Shown here one piece after another: positions 10,280-20,225 of a stretch of DNA of 64,000 bases. A program made the translations under genes and the position numbers. The stretch's first letter is position 1; the number at the start of each line of letters is the position of its first letter. Origin of the DNA: Nitrosopumilus sp. (lineage in GTDB: Archaea > Thermoproteota > Nitrososphaeria > Nitrososphaerales > Nitrosopumilaceae); contig OZ250186.1 of assembly GCA_965238275.1 (NCBI GenBank), positions 448,001-512,000 on the forward strand, given 5' to 3'. The notes under the pieces were generated by a model, which searched no databases, had not been told where the DNA came from, and saw only the letters and a list, made by a program, of their open reading frames with translations.

Positions 10280-10840
10280 CTAGACGGAGCTTCCGGACAG
10301 GTACTGGTTCCACCTCTCCCTGGCCTGCGGAAGCTCTGCAAGAAGCCACCGGTACCACTTTACAAATTCCCTGGTCTCGTCTTGAATGTACTCTTCAATC
10401 TCTGCGTATCTGCCGGTGCCATACCAGTTCGGCACCGACATGCCGCTCTGCCTCTTGCCGGTAATCTTGTCAAGGCCCGAGTCCTTGAACTCGCCGCGGT
10501 TCATCATGATTCCGACGCTGTGCAGGTCCACGCACGGATGCGACAGCACGTCTATCGCCGGCAGTCCGTGCATCCGGGATTTTGCAAGCAGGAACCTGTG
10601 CTCAAATCCCAGGTTGTAGCCGATGGGAATAAAGTCAAACTTGTACATGTTGGTTATGGGGGTGCCATAGACAAGCTGGGAGAGCATTCCCCTCTCCCCG
10701 AGTTCCCACTCCTTGAGGATGGACAGCTCGCCGACGGGCCTTCCCGTTCCGCGCTCCAGCTCCTGATACTGGATGGTAATGATGCTGCTGTTGCCGGGAT
10801 CCAGACCCGTAGTCTCTATGTCCAGATAATAATTGGCCAT
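10280..10840 (-). CDS. RNase H-fold (DnaQ/YprB-like) 3'-5' exonuclease domain protein
   Basis: YYLDIETTGLD ExoI motif, IGYNLGFE, YIQDE; likely start at 10840. Confidence 0.75.
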   Translation of the reverse strand: MANYYLDIETTGLDPGNSSIITIQYQELERGTGRPVGELSILKEWELGERGMLSQLVYGTPITNMYKFDFIPIGYNLGFEHRFLLAKSRMHGLPAIDVLSHPCVDLHSVGIMMNRGEFKDSGLDKITGKRQSGMSVPNWYGTGRYAEIEEYIQDETREFVKWYRWLLAELPQARERWNQYLSGSSV

Positions 10841-10962
10841 ACTGGGGTTGGCCCTATCATGTTTAAATACGAATTGGCCCTCCTCCCGCACGGGGCCACA
10901 CGCCAGGAAGCCACGCATGGCGGTTCAGGCAGGATCCAGGGATGGGGCATCTACTACTACTA

Positions 10963-11595
10963 CTACCAGGACTGGTCAAACCGGGCCGGATCCACCACGT
11001 TAAACCCGGATACCAGAAACTTCCCGTCACTCTCCCGAAAGACGTTGAGGGATCCGTTTGCTATTATCATCTCAAAGAGGTTCACGGGGGAGAGGGTGAG
11101 CGCACTTGAGAGCATCGCCTTTATGGGATCCATGTGGGTTACCAGCACCACGTTTTTGTCCGGATGCACCTCCGCGACATGGCTGACCATCCCCTGTACG
11201 CGCTTTTTGACCTGCACAAACGTCTCCACCCCGTTGTGCGCAATCTCCAGCTCCCCGTTGTAAAACTTTAGGAACACGTTTCCGTGATTCTCGTATACCT
11301 CATTGTATCCCATGCCGGTAAACTTGCCCATGTCAAGCTCAGTCAGGCGCTCGTCAATCACAACATCAATGGAGTTTGCGCGCCCCACGATTTGGGCAGT
11401 CTCACTTGCCCTCTGAATCGGGCTGGAATACACTGCAGATATCTTCATGCCGCCCAGCAGCTCTGCTGCGTGCTCTGCCTGCCCTATTCCCTCGTCAGTC
11501 AGCGGGAATCCCGGCGTCCTTCCTGCCAGGATCTTCTCTACGTTGTTTTTTGCCTGGCCGTGCCGCAGGAAGATAATATTTCCCAACCTGTCCAA
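10963..11595 (-). CDS. Histidine phosphatase / phosphoglycerate mutase family
   Basis: FLRHGQ, SSPIQRASETA, LVTH motifs. Confidence 0.9.
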   Translation of the reverse strand: MDRLGNIIFLRHGQAKNNVEKILAGRTPGFPLTDEGIGQAEHAAELLGGMKISAVYSSPIQRASETAQIVGRANSIDVVIDERLTELDMGKFTGMGYNEVYENHGNVFLKFYNGELEIAHNGVETFVQVKKRVQGMVSHVAEVHPDKNVVLVTHMDPIKAMLSSALTLSPVNLFEMIIANGSLNVFRESDGKFLVSGFNVVDPARFDQSW

Positions 11596-11636
11596 GATTC
11601 AAATAGAGCTAATAATAACATTATCAGAGAATCATC

Positions 11637-12308
11637 ATGAAGATAGGCATTATTGGCGGAACCGGCGGAATGGGCAAGGGATTTGCCCTGAGATGGTCAC
11701 AGAACCACGACGTCATCGTCGGCTCAAGGGATGCTGCGCGGGCATCTGATGCTGCTGCAGAGTATACAAAGCTGGCAGTAGAGGCATATGGCAGAATAAA
11801 TGGGACCATCACCGGAAACGACAACGCCTCAGTTGCCAGGGAAAGCGACGTGCTTATCCTGTCAATCCAGTATGATAATATCGACTCGACGTGCTCTGCA
11901 ATACTGCCTGAAACAAGGGAGGACTGCGTGGTGGTCTCCCCGATAGTCCCCATGACAAAGACTGACGTGGGATTCGAGTTCATTCCAATCAAGGAGGGCA
12001 AGCCGTTTTCATACCAGATGGTCTCAAAGCACATCAGGGATCCTTCAAGGCTCGTCTCTGCGTTTCACGTGATATCGGAAAAAAAGCTTGCAAACCCCAA
12101 GCTGACGCTTGACTATGACATATTTGTCTGCGGGGACGGCAAGGAGGCAGTGAATACTGTCAACTCCCTGATAGGCGAGATCGAGGGGCTCAGGCCGATC
12201 TATCTGGGGCCCGGAGAGCTCTCATACATGGCAGAGATTGCCACGCCGCTGCTCCTCAACGCAATGATACGCAACAAGATAAGAAACCCCGGCATCAAGA
12301 TCGTCTGA
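11637..12308 (+). CDS. npdG: F420-dependent NADP oxidoreductase
   Basis: MKIGIIGGTGGMGKGFALR, VIVGSRD, VSAFH. Confidence 0.88.
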   Translation: MKIGIIGGTGGMGKGFALRWSQNHDVIVGSRDAARASDAAAEYTKLAVEAYGRINGTITGNDNASVARESDVLILSIQYDNIDSTCSAILPETREDCVVVSPIVPMTKTDVGFEFIPIKEGKPFSYQMVSKHIRDPSRLVSAFHVISEKKLANPKLTLDYDIFVCGDGKEAVNTVNSLIGEIEGLRPIYLGPGELSYMAEIATPLLLNAMIRNKIRNPGIKIV

Positions 12309-12314
12309 ACGGAA

Positions 12315-12560
12315 TTGAGCCACGAATACTACAGGAGGGGCAGGAACTGGTTTACTGCAATCGGGGTGCTGTTTTTGGTCATGGCCGGAATCGTGCTGAT
12401 ACAGCAGGTCCTGATATGGGGCCCCGAGTTTGCCCTGGACTTTCTGCTAAACGCAGAGTTTACCAACGAAAAGGTCTCAGTGGCGATGCTGGGGTTTGGC
12501 ATTTTTATGATAGTGCTTGGACTGAGAAGGCATGGCAGCAGCAGCAACAGACAGGCATGA
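12315..12560 (+). CDS. Hypothetical 2-TM membrane protein
   Basis: Two hydrophobic helices, operonic between npdG and the PPOX gene. Confidence 0.6.
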   Translation: MSHEYYRRGRNWFTAIGVLFLVMAGIVLIQQVLIWGPEFALDFLLNAEFTNEKVSVAMLGFGIFMIVLGLRRHGSSSNRQA

Positions 12561-12942
12561 GTTTCTAGGAAGCCAGAAGATACTGCGCCTGGGGACAGTC
12601 GGGCCAGACGGCATGCCGCATGTGGTGCCGGTATGGTACTGGTATGGCCAGGACACGTTTCACATCGGGACAAACACCAAGACCAAGAAGGCAAGAAACG
12701 TGATGAACAACAGCCGCGTCTCGTTCTGCGTGGATGTGGGGGTGAACGCGCCTGACATCTGCGGGGTCATGGGGTACGGGGAGGCCGGCCTCATCCGGGA
12801 CGAAAGGGTCCGTCCCATTGCAGAGAGGATCCTTGAAAGGTACTACGACACCCTGGAGAATCCTGCCGCACAGGAGCTGCTAAGGGATACAGACTGCATA
12901 ATAGAGATAGTCCCGCAAAACACCACTATGTGGAGGTTCTGA
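12532..12942 (+). CDS. Pyridoxamine 5'-phosphate oxidase-like (PPOX, probably F420-binding) protein
   Basis: LRLGTVGPDGMPHVVPVWY, KARNV..NSRVSFCVD. Confidence 0.85.
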   Translation: MAAAATDRHEFLGSQKILRLGTVGPDGMPHVVPVWYWYGQDTFHIGTNTKTKKARNVMNNSRVSFCVDVGVNAPDICGVMGYGEAGLIRDERVRPIAERILERYYDTLENPAAQELLRDTDCIIEIVPQNTTMWRF

Positions 12943-14107
12943 CAAAGTCCTCGATCTTGGAGAGGGCCCGCTCCAGCACGTCCATTCCCGGAAGGTACAC
13001 CAGCCTGAAGTGGCCGCTGCCGTACGTCGTGCCGAATCCGGAACCGTGCACCGTCAGGACTCCCTTGGACTCCAGCAGGTTCAGGACAAACTCCTTGTCG
13101 GTTCCAAGGGCATCGTTTTCTATCTTGGGAAACACGTAAAACGCGCCGGACGGAACCGGGCAGGACAGTCCCGGGATCTCGTTGAGCCTCTTTACCACAA
13201 AGTCCCTGTGAGTCCTAATCTGGGAGACAAAGTCTTGTATGTACCCCTGCGGGCCTCGGAGGGATTCAAGGGCTGCATACTGGAAGGGGAGGTTTGGGCC
13301 AATCCTGACCCTTGCCAGCTTGGGCAGGTGCTCGCGTATTGCCTCAAGCCTGGGGGACTGGTTGAATGCGATGTATCCCATGCGCCAGCCTGTCATCAGG
13401 TGCACCTTGGAGAACCCGTTAAGCACGATTACCGGCAGATCCTGTGATACGCTGCCCACGCCTGCAAACTTGCCGTCAAAGATTATCTGGTCGTATATCT
13501 CGTCGCATATGATGTACAGGTCGTGCTCGGCTGCGACGTTTACCACCTCCTGAAGGGACTTTTTGTCAAACACGGCACCCGTCGGGTTGTTGGGGCTGAT
13601 GAGGCATATTGCAACGGTTCTTGGCGTGATCTTTGATCTTATGTCGTCTATGTCAGGCGTGGAGTGCTCCAAGTCCACTGCAAATTCCACCGGAATGCCG
13701 CCGTGCAGGCGGACGTATGATGCGTACGGCGGATAGTATGGTCCGGACAGTAGAACCTCGTCGCCATCCTCCACTATGGAGGACATTATCATGTCAAGGC
13801 CTTCGGAGACGCCGTTGGTGACCAGGATGTCGTCTGCGCCGGCTGTCAGTCCCTTGGATGCCTCCTTTTGTGCGATTGCCTCCCGGAGTTCGGGGATGCC
13901 TTCTGACGGCGAATAATAGTTGTCACCACGGTTAATGGCATCAATCAATGCCTGCCTGACGTTGTCTGGCGGCTGAAAGCCAAATTGTACCGGGTCGCCA
14001 ATGTTCAGATAGTCGACCTGCATTCCCCTCTGCTGTACCTTTCTTGCCGCAAGCACCACGTCCCTGATGGCATATTCGACTTCTGCCACCTTTCTGGAGA
14101 TCTTCAA
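12926..14107 (-). CDS. PLP-dependent aminotransferase class I/II
   Basis: LNIGDP, SPNNPTG, CDEIY, NGFSKVHLMTGWRMGY; likely TTG start at 14107. Confidence 0.92.
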   Translation of the reverse strand: MKISRKVAEVEYAIRDVVLAARKVQQRGMQVDYLNIGDPVQFGFQPPDNVRQALIDAINRGDNYYSPSEGIPELREAIAQKEASKGLTAGADDILVTNGVSEGLDMIMSSIVEDGDEVLLSGPYYPPYASYVRLHGGIPVEFAVDLEHSTPDIDDIRSKITPRTVAICLISPNNPTGAVFDKKSLQEVVNVAAEHDLYIICDEIYDQIIFDGKFAGVGSVSQDLPVIVLNGFSKVHLMTGWRMGYIAFNQSPRLEAIREHLPKLARVRIGPNLPFQYAALESLRGPQGYIQDFVSQIRTHRDFVVKRLNEIPGLSCPVPSGAFYVFPKIENDALGTDKEFVLNLLESKGVLTVHGSGFGTTYGSGHFRLVYLPGMDVLERALSKIEDFVRTST

Positions 14108-14151
14108 AGTGTTTAGACAGGTATTTAGACACGTTAAAGTCTTATCTTTTT

Positions 14152-14226
14152 GGACTCGTAGCACAGTCAGGATAGTGCGGGCGGCTTCGGACCGCCAGGT
14201 CAAGGGATCGAAGCCCTTCGAGCCCT
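14152..14226 (+). tRNA. tRNA-Arg(TCG)
   Basis: D-arm GCAC/GTGC, anticodon arm GGCGG-CTTCGGA-CCGCC, T-arm AAGGG-ATCGAAG-CCCTT, acceptor GGACTCG/CGAGCCC with one mismatch. Confidence 0.85.
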
Positions 14227-14384
14227 CTTTATCTACACAATGATATCCGAGGATGGCGTGAATTACTACCGGCAGAATCTGCGCATATCCTATATGCTGT
14301 GGAGGCATCAGGATTTATGCCGAATCTCTCATCAAAAGCGGCACTCAGCTGACATTATAAGACGCAGTCTGCGCCGGTAATAAG

Positions 14385-14876
14385 ATGAAGGTATCCATGT
14401 TCAGAATAGGACTGGCGCTGGTAATCATCGGAATAATCTGGATATCGCTCGTGTTTGCAGATGCCGGAAAGACCCACATGACCACGCTCCTAAAGCAGTC
14501 AGAATCAGCCGAGGTGGGTATGGAATTCTCCGGTACGGGTATAGGATTCTATCGCATTCACATGCCAGAGTTTGCCGGAGACAAAGTGTTTGCACAGGTA
14601 CGGGATCCTGCCAACAACGTAATGCAGGAGCAGATGGTCCAGACAAGGATGTTGGTGGACTACTTTGAGTATGACGCAGACGGAGGGCATTCGGTCATAC
14701 TGACAAACATCTCCGGGGATCCGATTGTACTCGAGGCGGATCTTGGGGAGACGAACTCGCAAGAGATGATGCCTGCAGGAATCATGATTCTGGCCGGATC
14801 CGCTGCCATGATGGTAATGGCCTATCTGAGGATTACCTCCTACAGCACCGAACAGCCCGACGAGAATATCTCATAG
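14385..14876 (+). CDS. Hypothetical membrane protein (N- and C-terminal TM)
   Basis: Hydrophobic ends flanking a beta-rich domain. Confidence 0.65.
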   Translation: MKVSMFRIGLALVIIGIIWISLVFADAGKTHMTTLLKQSESAEVGMEFSGTGIGFYRIHMPEFAGDKVFAQVRDPANNVMQEQMVQTRMLVDYFEYDADGGHSVILTNISGDPIVLEADLGETNSQEMMPAGIMILAGSAAMMVMAYLRITSYSTEQPDENIS

Positions 14877-15442
14877 ACTGGTATGCACTGGATTACATGC
14901 CCGAATATCAAAACCAGATTGAAGCCAAGCCACACCACAAAGAACAGGAACGTCACCGCCGAAAACGGCAGCAACCACCTGAGCCTGGTATGTTCCATTC
15001 CCTTGAGGATTAGCAGCGCGCCCAGGGATCCCAAGACCAGCCCGAACTCAAGCGGCTGGTGTGACCAGGAGACCAGCCCGTCGATTCCAAACATGTCATG
15101 GGATATGGAATCGGCAAAGCCCGATGCCATCTGGATAGCACCGCCAACTATTACCAGTTTGATTCCGGTCCTGATAATGCCGCGCACCATGCCGCGCACC
15201 ATGCCGCGCACCAGCAGAACGCCCCCCAGAATTCCTGCGCATGCAGTCATGGATACCCCGGTGTACACCACTATGTGCGGGGCACTCCAGAAGAATTCCG
15301 GCTCCTGCAGGATGTGCGATATGGCATCCCAGAACCCGGCAGACACGACCACCACGGGCCCTGCCACTGCAAGGATCGCAAGGGGCAGGATGGATTTGAA
15401 CCCTGCAATCCTTGAACCGGCGATTCGCGGGAGCAGTCTCAT
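14840..15442 (-). CDS. Hypothetical polytopic membrane protein
   Basis: Repeated W/F-DxxxH...H motifs (WDAISH..FWSAPH; DSISH..SWSH), ~5 TM. Confidence 0.7.
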   Translation of the reverse strand: MRLLPRIAGSRIAGFKSILPLAILAVAGPVVVVSAGFWDAISHILQEPEFFWSAPHIVVYTGVSMTACAGILGGVLLVRGMVRGMVRGIIRTGIKLVIVGGAIQMASGFADSISHDMFGIDGLVSWSHQPLEFGLVLGSLGALLILKGMEHTRLRWLLPFSAVTFLFFVVWLGFNLVLIFGHVIQCIPVYEIFSSGCSVL

Positions 15443-15825
15443 TCTGAATATACACCATAAATGGCATATTTGAATTGCAGGGCAATAGAGGATTCTGTAG
15501 TGTTATGGGGTGGCAGATATGGATCTTCTCTGGATTGAAAACGTGCCTATCAGGAAGTGGTGGTGGTGGTGGTGGTGGCAGCGACGTTCAAACCGCCGTC
15601 AGTCATGCCATCGGTATTGAAAGGCCCCGGCCCGTTTTGGTGATCAGGTCATGAAACACCAGAGTCACACTACTTGTTAGCTGGCAATGATGCTCAGATA
15701 CTGCCTGTCTTTACGGCCATCTGAAAATTCGGAGATCATCCAAGACCCTTCAAACTCCAGCAGAATGACATGGAATTTGAAAATCTGACATTACGGCTTA
15801 TATGCTAAAATCCTTAACTGGCCAC

Positions 15826-15966
15826 ATGGTTTTGAGGCAAGTAAAACCCATGGATGGCAAACAATGGGAACAGGTAACCAGTCAATTGAAATCAGGTTCC
15901 ACTGAGAAATCCATCAGTACCGTGGAGGCTGCCCTAAAGCGTGCCAGTAAATTGAAAGAAGCGTAG
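15826..15966 (+). CDS. Small 46-aa protein, possible antitoxin
   Basis: MVLRQVKPMDGKQWEQVTSQLKSG...ALKRASKLKEA; TTATAT box ~25 nt upstream; below the ORF-track cutoff. Confidence 0.45.
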   Translation: MVLRQVKPMDGKQWEQVTSQLKSGSTEKSISTVEAALKRASKLKEA

Positions 15967-16239
15967 CCCTCATTCGGGTCATGGTTCCAGATATTATTGA
16001 TTTTGGCAATGACATTTCTACTGTCATGCCCGACCCAGTCATGCCCAAAGACACCGAATTTGAATGCAAAAACATCATACACGCAGTAGCTGCCACAACA
16101 ATCCGAGCACTTTTGGCAAAAATTACACCAGTCACATGACTAAATCCCACATCATGCAGGTTTCATGCAAATGCCAGACAAATGCATCAAAATACGCATT
16201 GGCCGGCGGGCTGACCAGCTGACAGAGTTGGCGTGTATT

Positions 16240-17175
16240 TTACAACCCGGCGGCGTTGGCAGAGGATTCCAGCACCAGCCGGTCTAACATCTCCCTGATT
16301 TTTCGGTGTCCGGGGATCTTTATCAGGCGCTGCTGGCAACATGTTATCGCCTTTTCGTACTCGCCCAACTCTGCTAGGATATCTGCCTTGTGGATGTAGA
16401 GATCGTTCTCGTTCAGGTCTATGTCCAGCGCTTTATTGAGTATCTTTATTGCACCTGCCGGATCCCCCTCTCTGCGTACGATTATGGCCAGGGCGATGTA
16501 TGCCGGGATGGTAATTTTTTCCAGTTTTAGCGCCCTGAGGGCAAGCCTTTCTGCCTTCTTCATGTTGCCGATCATGGCCATGACAATGGCACGGCCTGCA
16601 AGCATCCCTGAATCATTTCTGAACCTATAACTCCACTTGTCGTAGAGTTCTGCTGCCTCGTGCAGCCGGCCCATCTCAATCAACACTTCTGCCTTGTTGT
16701 TGATTGTTGAGACATCCGGCCTAGAAGCAAGATCCTCGTCGCACAGTGCAATTGCCTCATCAAGTTTTTTCATGTGTACAAATATTGTGTCTCTGATGTC
16801 ATTGACGCGCTTTCCTATTACTTGCTCTAGCCTCTCAAGCGTGCTTAGCGCCTCCTCGTATTTGCCATGGTTTATGGCAGAAAGCGTCTCGGTAAGAAGT
16901 ACATGCCGTTGATCACTGCGCATCTCTATCATTCCCCTGACAAGGTCTGCCCTGAACTCGTCTGTGCCTGCAATACGTTCCACATCAACACCCTCACCTA
17001 TTTTTCGCCCATCGAGCTCTTTTCCCACCGCGTCTATTAAATTATCTAACGCGTCAAACCTGTGCAGGTCCGGCTCTCCCTCAATGCCGAACCGCCTTAC
17101 CAACCCGTGATTCTTGGATGCGTGTGTATCACGTGAATGCCCTGCGCTTGCCTTGGATCCATTTCTGTGCTTCAT
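16240..17175 (-). CDS. Tetratricopeptide repeat protein
   Basis: Multiple TPR consensus units (NNKAEVLIEMGRLHEAAELY; HKADILAELGEYEKAITC). Confidence 0.85.
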   Translation of the reverse strand: MKHRNGSKASAGHSRDTHASKNHGLVRRFGIEGEPDLHRFDALDNLIDAVGKELDGRKIGEGVDVERIAGTDEFRADLVRGMIEMRSDQRHVLLTETLSAINHGKYEEALSTLERLEQVIGKRVNDIRDTIFVHMKKLDEAIALCDEDLASRPDVSTINNKAEVLIEMGRLHEAAELYDKWSYRFRNDSGMLAGRAIVMAMIGNMKKAERLALRALKLEKITIPAYIALAIIVRREGDPAGAIKILNKALDIDLNENDLYIHKADILAELGEYEKAITCCQQRLIKIPGHRKIREMLDRLVLESSANAAGL

Positions 17176-17427
17176 CCGTACCGGTAGTATACACGTGTGA
17201 CATTTGAGTTTATGTGTAGTTGAGGCCATGGCAATCCATACCTGCCGGCCGTTAATCCGGAAAATTCCATGGATGGGCCCCCAGAATGTCGTCTCAAAAA
17301 TGGTTCACAAGAACACGTTATTTCCGGACACTGTAGCACAACAGGTCGGCGTGCAAGTCATTCACATTGCAACATAAAAACGAGCAAACACGCCAACAGG
17401 GTCAACTATATTTAGACGATACGCGGT

Positions 17428-17676
17428 ATGACTCCCATGAGCCCGGGCATTGGATTAATGAAGAGGCGGCTGGAAAAGGAGCGCGATGCCGTTGCCCTGG
17501 CCGTATCAGGAATTGCAAAGAGATACGAGGTGGCGCCGGACGGCATCAGCACCCTTGAGACAAAGTACGACGATGACGCAGGCGACTGGTATGTGGCACT
17601 CGGATGGGACACGAAGAGGGCCGTAGTCAGGATGGACTCTGTCCAGGCGACGATAATCGAGATTAACGAGATCTGA
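17428..17676 (+). CDS. Small hypothetical protein
   Basis: 82-aa ORF operonic with mtnA; paralog at 45189. Confidence 0.7.
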   Translation: MTPMSPGIGLMKRRLEKERDAVALAVSGIAKRYEVAPDGISTLETKYDDDAGDWYVALGWDTKRAVVRMDSVQATIIEINEI

Positions 17677-17692
17677 TCTGCTCGTTTTAAAT

Positions 17693-18769
17693 ATGGAGCA
17701 TTCCCTTCGGCATAAAGTGAACACCGCTTACTCGTCTCTTAGAACCGTGGAGTGGAAGGACGGCCGGGTAATAATGATCGACCAGACCAGACTGCCAAAC
17801 GAGCTTATTCTTGTAGAGTATGACAGATGGGAGCAGGTGGCAGAGGCCATCAAGACGCTTGTCGTGCGCGGGGCACCTGCAATAGGGGTATCAGGCGCAT
17901 TCGGCCTGGCACTTGCAGCACAGCAGAGTGACGCTGCATCCCGCGAGGAGATGCTGTCTGACCTGAACGTGGCAAAAAAGGCACTCTTTGAGACAAGGCC
18001 GACTGCGGTAAACCTCGGATGGGGCTTGGAGAAGATTATGGGTGTCGCACGGGCAGCAGACACGGTACAGCAGATAAGAGAGGACGTAGTCTCTGCTGCC
18101 AGGATGATGGCAGACGAGGACATCAGGATTAACCGCGCCATGGGGAAGAACGGCTCTGCGCTGTTTGATGACAACGATACCGTAATGACACACTGCAACG
18201 CAGGCGCCCTTGCGACAGTATCCTACGGGACCGCGCTTGGCGTCATCCGGGCCACCAGGGAGAGCGGAAAGAACGTCAGGGTGATTGCGACTGAGACGAG
18301 GCCCGTCCAGCAGGGCTCGAGGCTTACGGCCTTTGAGTTGAAGCACGACGGCTTTGACGTGAGGCTGATTCCGGACACGGCAGTCGGATACACCATGGCA
18401 AACGGGCTAGTCGACAAGGTGGTGGTTGGCGCAGACAGGATAGTAAGGACGGGGCACGTGTTCAACAAGATCGGGACGTACCAGGTGGCAACCATGGCCA
18501 GGCAGCACAACATTCCGTTCTATGTGGCAGCCCCGCTATCCACCATAGACATGAAGGGGGACGCCAAGGATATCGTAATCGAGATGCGCAAGGGAAGCGA
18601 GGTTACGGGGACCGGTCCTGGCAGGACCGCCCCTGAGGACGTCGATGTGATCAACCCGGCCTTTGATGTGACCCCTCCAGAACTAGTCTCGGGGATCATC
18701 ACCGAGAAGGGGGTGGCGTTTGCGCCGTATGCAGAGTCCATCCCAAAGTTATTTGAAGCTAATTTATAG
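17693..18769 (+). CDS. mtnA: S-methyl-5-thioribose-1-phosphate isomerase
   Basis: VRGAPAIG, TRPTAVNL, THCNAGALAT, ETRPVQQGSRLTAFEL, NKIGTY. Confidence 0.93.
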   Translation: MEHSLRHKVNTAYSSLRTVEWKDGRVIMIDQTRLPNELILVEYDRWEQVAEAIKTLVVRGAPAIGVSGAFGLALAAQQSDAASREEMLSDLNVAKKALFETRPTAVNLGWGLEKIMGVARAADTVQQIREDVVSAARMMADEDIRINRAMGKNGSALFDDNDTVMTHCNAGALATVSYGTALGVIRATRESGKNVRVIATETRPVQQGSRLTAFELKHDGFDVRLIPDTAVGYTMANGLVDKVVVGADRIVRTGHVFNKIGTYQVATMARQHNIPFYVAAPLSTIDMKGDAKDIVIEMRKGSEVTGTGPGRTAPEDVDVINPAFDVTPPELVSGIITEKGVAFAPYAESIPKLFEANL

Positions 18770-18806
18770 AAAGTTTTTATTGTTTTTAAAATCCTACCTT
18801 TACAAT

Positions 18807-19448
18807 ATGAGTGCAGTTTCATCGCATGCAGTAGAGGATTCCCTCAGGCAGTGCATGGATCCCGAGGTTCCGCTAAACATAGTCGAGATGGGGCTCATCT
18901 ACGGGATCGACGTGGCTGAAAACAACGACGTCAACATCAAGATGACCATGACGACTCAGGGCTGCCCGCTCCATGAGACCCTGGTGCAGGATGCTACAAG
19001 GTACGTAAAGAGGGTTCCAGGTGTCAACAACGTCAACGTGGACATCGTGTGGGATCCCCCATGGTCCATGGACAAGATGTCAGATGAGGCAAAGCAGAAG
19101 ATAAAGAACATGGGTGCGGGGGGCATGAACACGCCGGCGCCGATAAACTACGACACCGCCCTTCCCCAGGGAGTCGGCAAGATCGTCCAGCAGGAGGACG
19201 GCGCCATGGTGCTGCTAAACGAGCACGAGCAGGGATTCATGGTGAACCAGGCAATAATCGACTTTTGGAAGTCATGCAACGGGCACCGCAAGGTGACTGA
19301 CCTTGTGGACATCTTTGCAAGCCAGACCGGGCTGCAGAGGGGCCAGGTGGAAAAGGAGGTAATGCAGCTGTTGCAGCAGCTTCGCGACGGAGGACTGATT
19401 GCCATTGCAGGCCAGCCCGAGGTCTCAAACGTCGAGTTCAAGAGATGA
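18807..19448 (+). CDS. DUF59/SufT-like Fe-S assembly factor fused to a PqqD-like domain
   Basis: DPEVPLNIVEMGLIY, TTQGCP, WDPPWS; C-terminal FWKSCNG..KEVMQLLQQLRDGGLI. Confidence 0.8.
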   Translation: MSAVSSHAVEDSLRQCMDPEVPLNIVEMGLIYGIDVAENNDVNIKMTMTTQGCPLHETLVQDATRYVKRVPGVNNVNVDIVWDPPWSMDKMSDEAKQKIKNMGAGGMNTPAPINYDTALPQGVGKIVQQEDGAMVLLNEHEQGFMVNQAIIDFWKSCNGHRKVTDLVDIFASQTGLQRGQVEKEVMQLLQQLRDGGLIAIAGQPEVSNVEFKR

Positions 19449-19454
19449 GACACG

Positions 19455-20105
19455 CTAAAAGGCGTATCTGGAGTCGGCTCCGTCAAACGTTATGGTGACG
19501 CCTGAGAGGTACTTTACGTTGTTTTGGATGATTCCCTTTACGAACCCGCCAATCTCCTCAGGCCTTCCCATCCTGCCCATGGGGAGGGACTTTTGAAACT
19601 CGGGGGTGTCCTTGAGGATGTCTTTTGTTCTGTCCGTGCTGATGAGGCCCGGTGCGATATTGATGCAGTTTACCTCCCTTGCCGCATAGTCTCTGCTTAG
19701 AACCTTGAGTACCTCTACGAACGCCGCGCGGTACGCAGACGAGATTACCAGGTTGGGGACAGCAGGCTCCCTTACCACGCCGGAGCTGACAAGAAAGATG
19801 TATCCGCCGTCGCGCACCCTTATGTTCTGCAGGATGATACAGAATCCCAGGAACAGCTGGTTGTGGTATCTGTTCCACTCCTCTTCGGTAATGTCTGCAA
19901 AGGGTTTGGGAGGTGGCCCACCGGTATTCAGGACCAGTATGTCGGTGGTTGGATGATCCTTTGTGAACCTGCGGACGCTGTCAAGGTCCGACGTGTCGAT
20001 GTCGCTGCGGGATGCTGCAAGGACTTCTATTCCGATGGATTCCAAGGATTCAGATATTGCCCTGCCAATGCCTCTGGAGCCGCCAAGCACTATTCCATCA
20101 GTCAT
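19455..20105 (-). CDS. Short-chain dehydrogenase/reductase
   Basis: GGSRGIG, LNTGGPPP, PMGRMGRPEE. Confidence 0.88.
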   Translation of the reverse strand: MTDGIVLGGSRGIGRAISESLESIGIEVLAASRSDIDTSDLDSVRRFTKDHPTTDILVLNTGGPPPKPFADITEEEWNRYHNQLFLGFCIILQNIRVRDGGYIFLVSSGVVREPAVPNLVISSAYRAAFVEVLKVLSRDYAAREVNCINIAPGLISTDRTKDILKDTPEFQKSLPMGRMGRPEEIGGFVKGIIQNNVKYLSGVTITFDGADSRYAF

Positions 20106-20225
20106 GAGATCATCAGGGCGTCCGGACGATTAAATCTCTTTGGCAGGTCAAGACGCGTTTTAGACCTTACTGCAGGATGGGATTCATAGTTGAATTGTTA
20201 TATCCCAAGAGACACAAAGAACGCA

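Noticed and set aside
15178-15213. 12-bp x3 repeat (RGMV) as a functional element
   Set aside because: Simple in-frame slippage in a loop of a membrane protein
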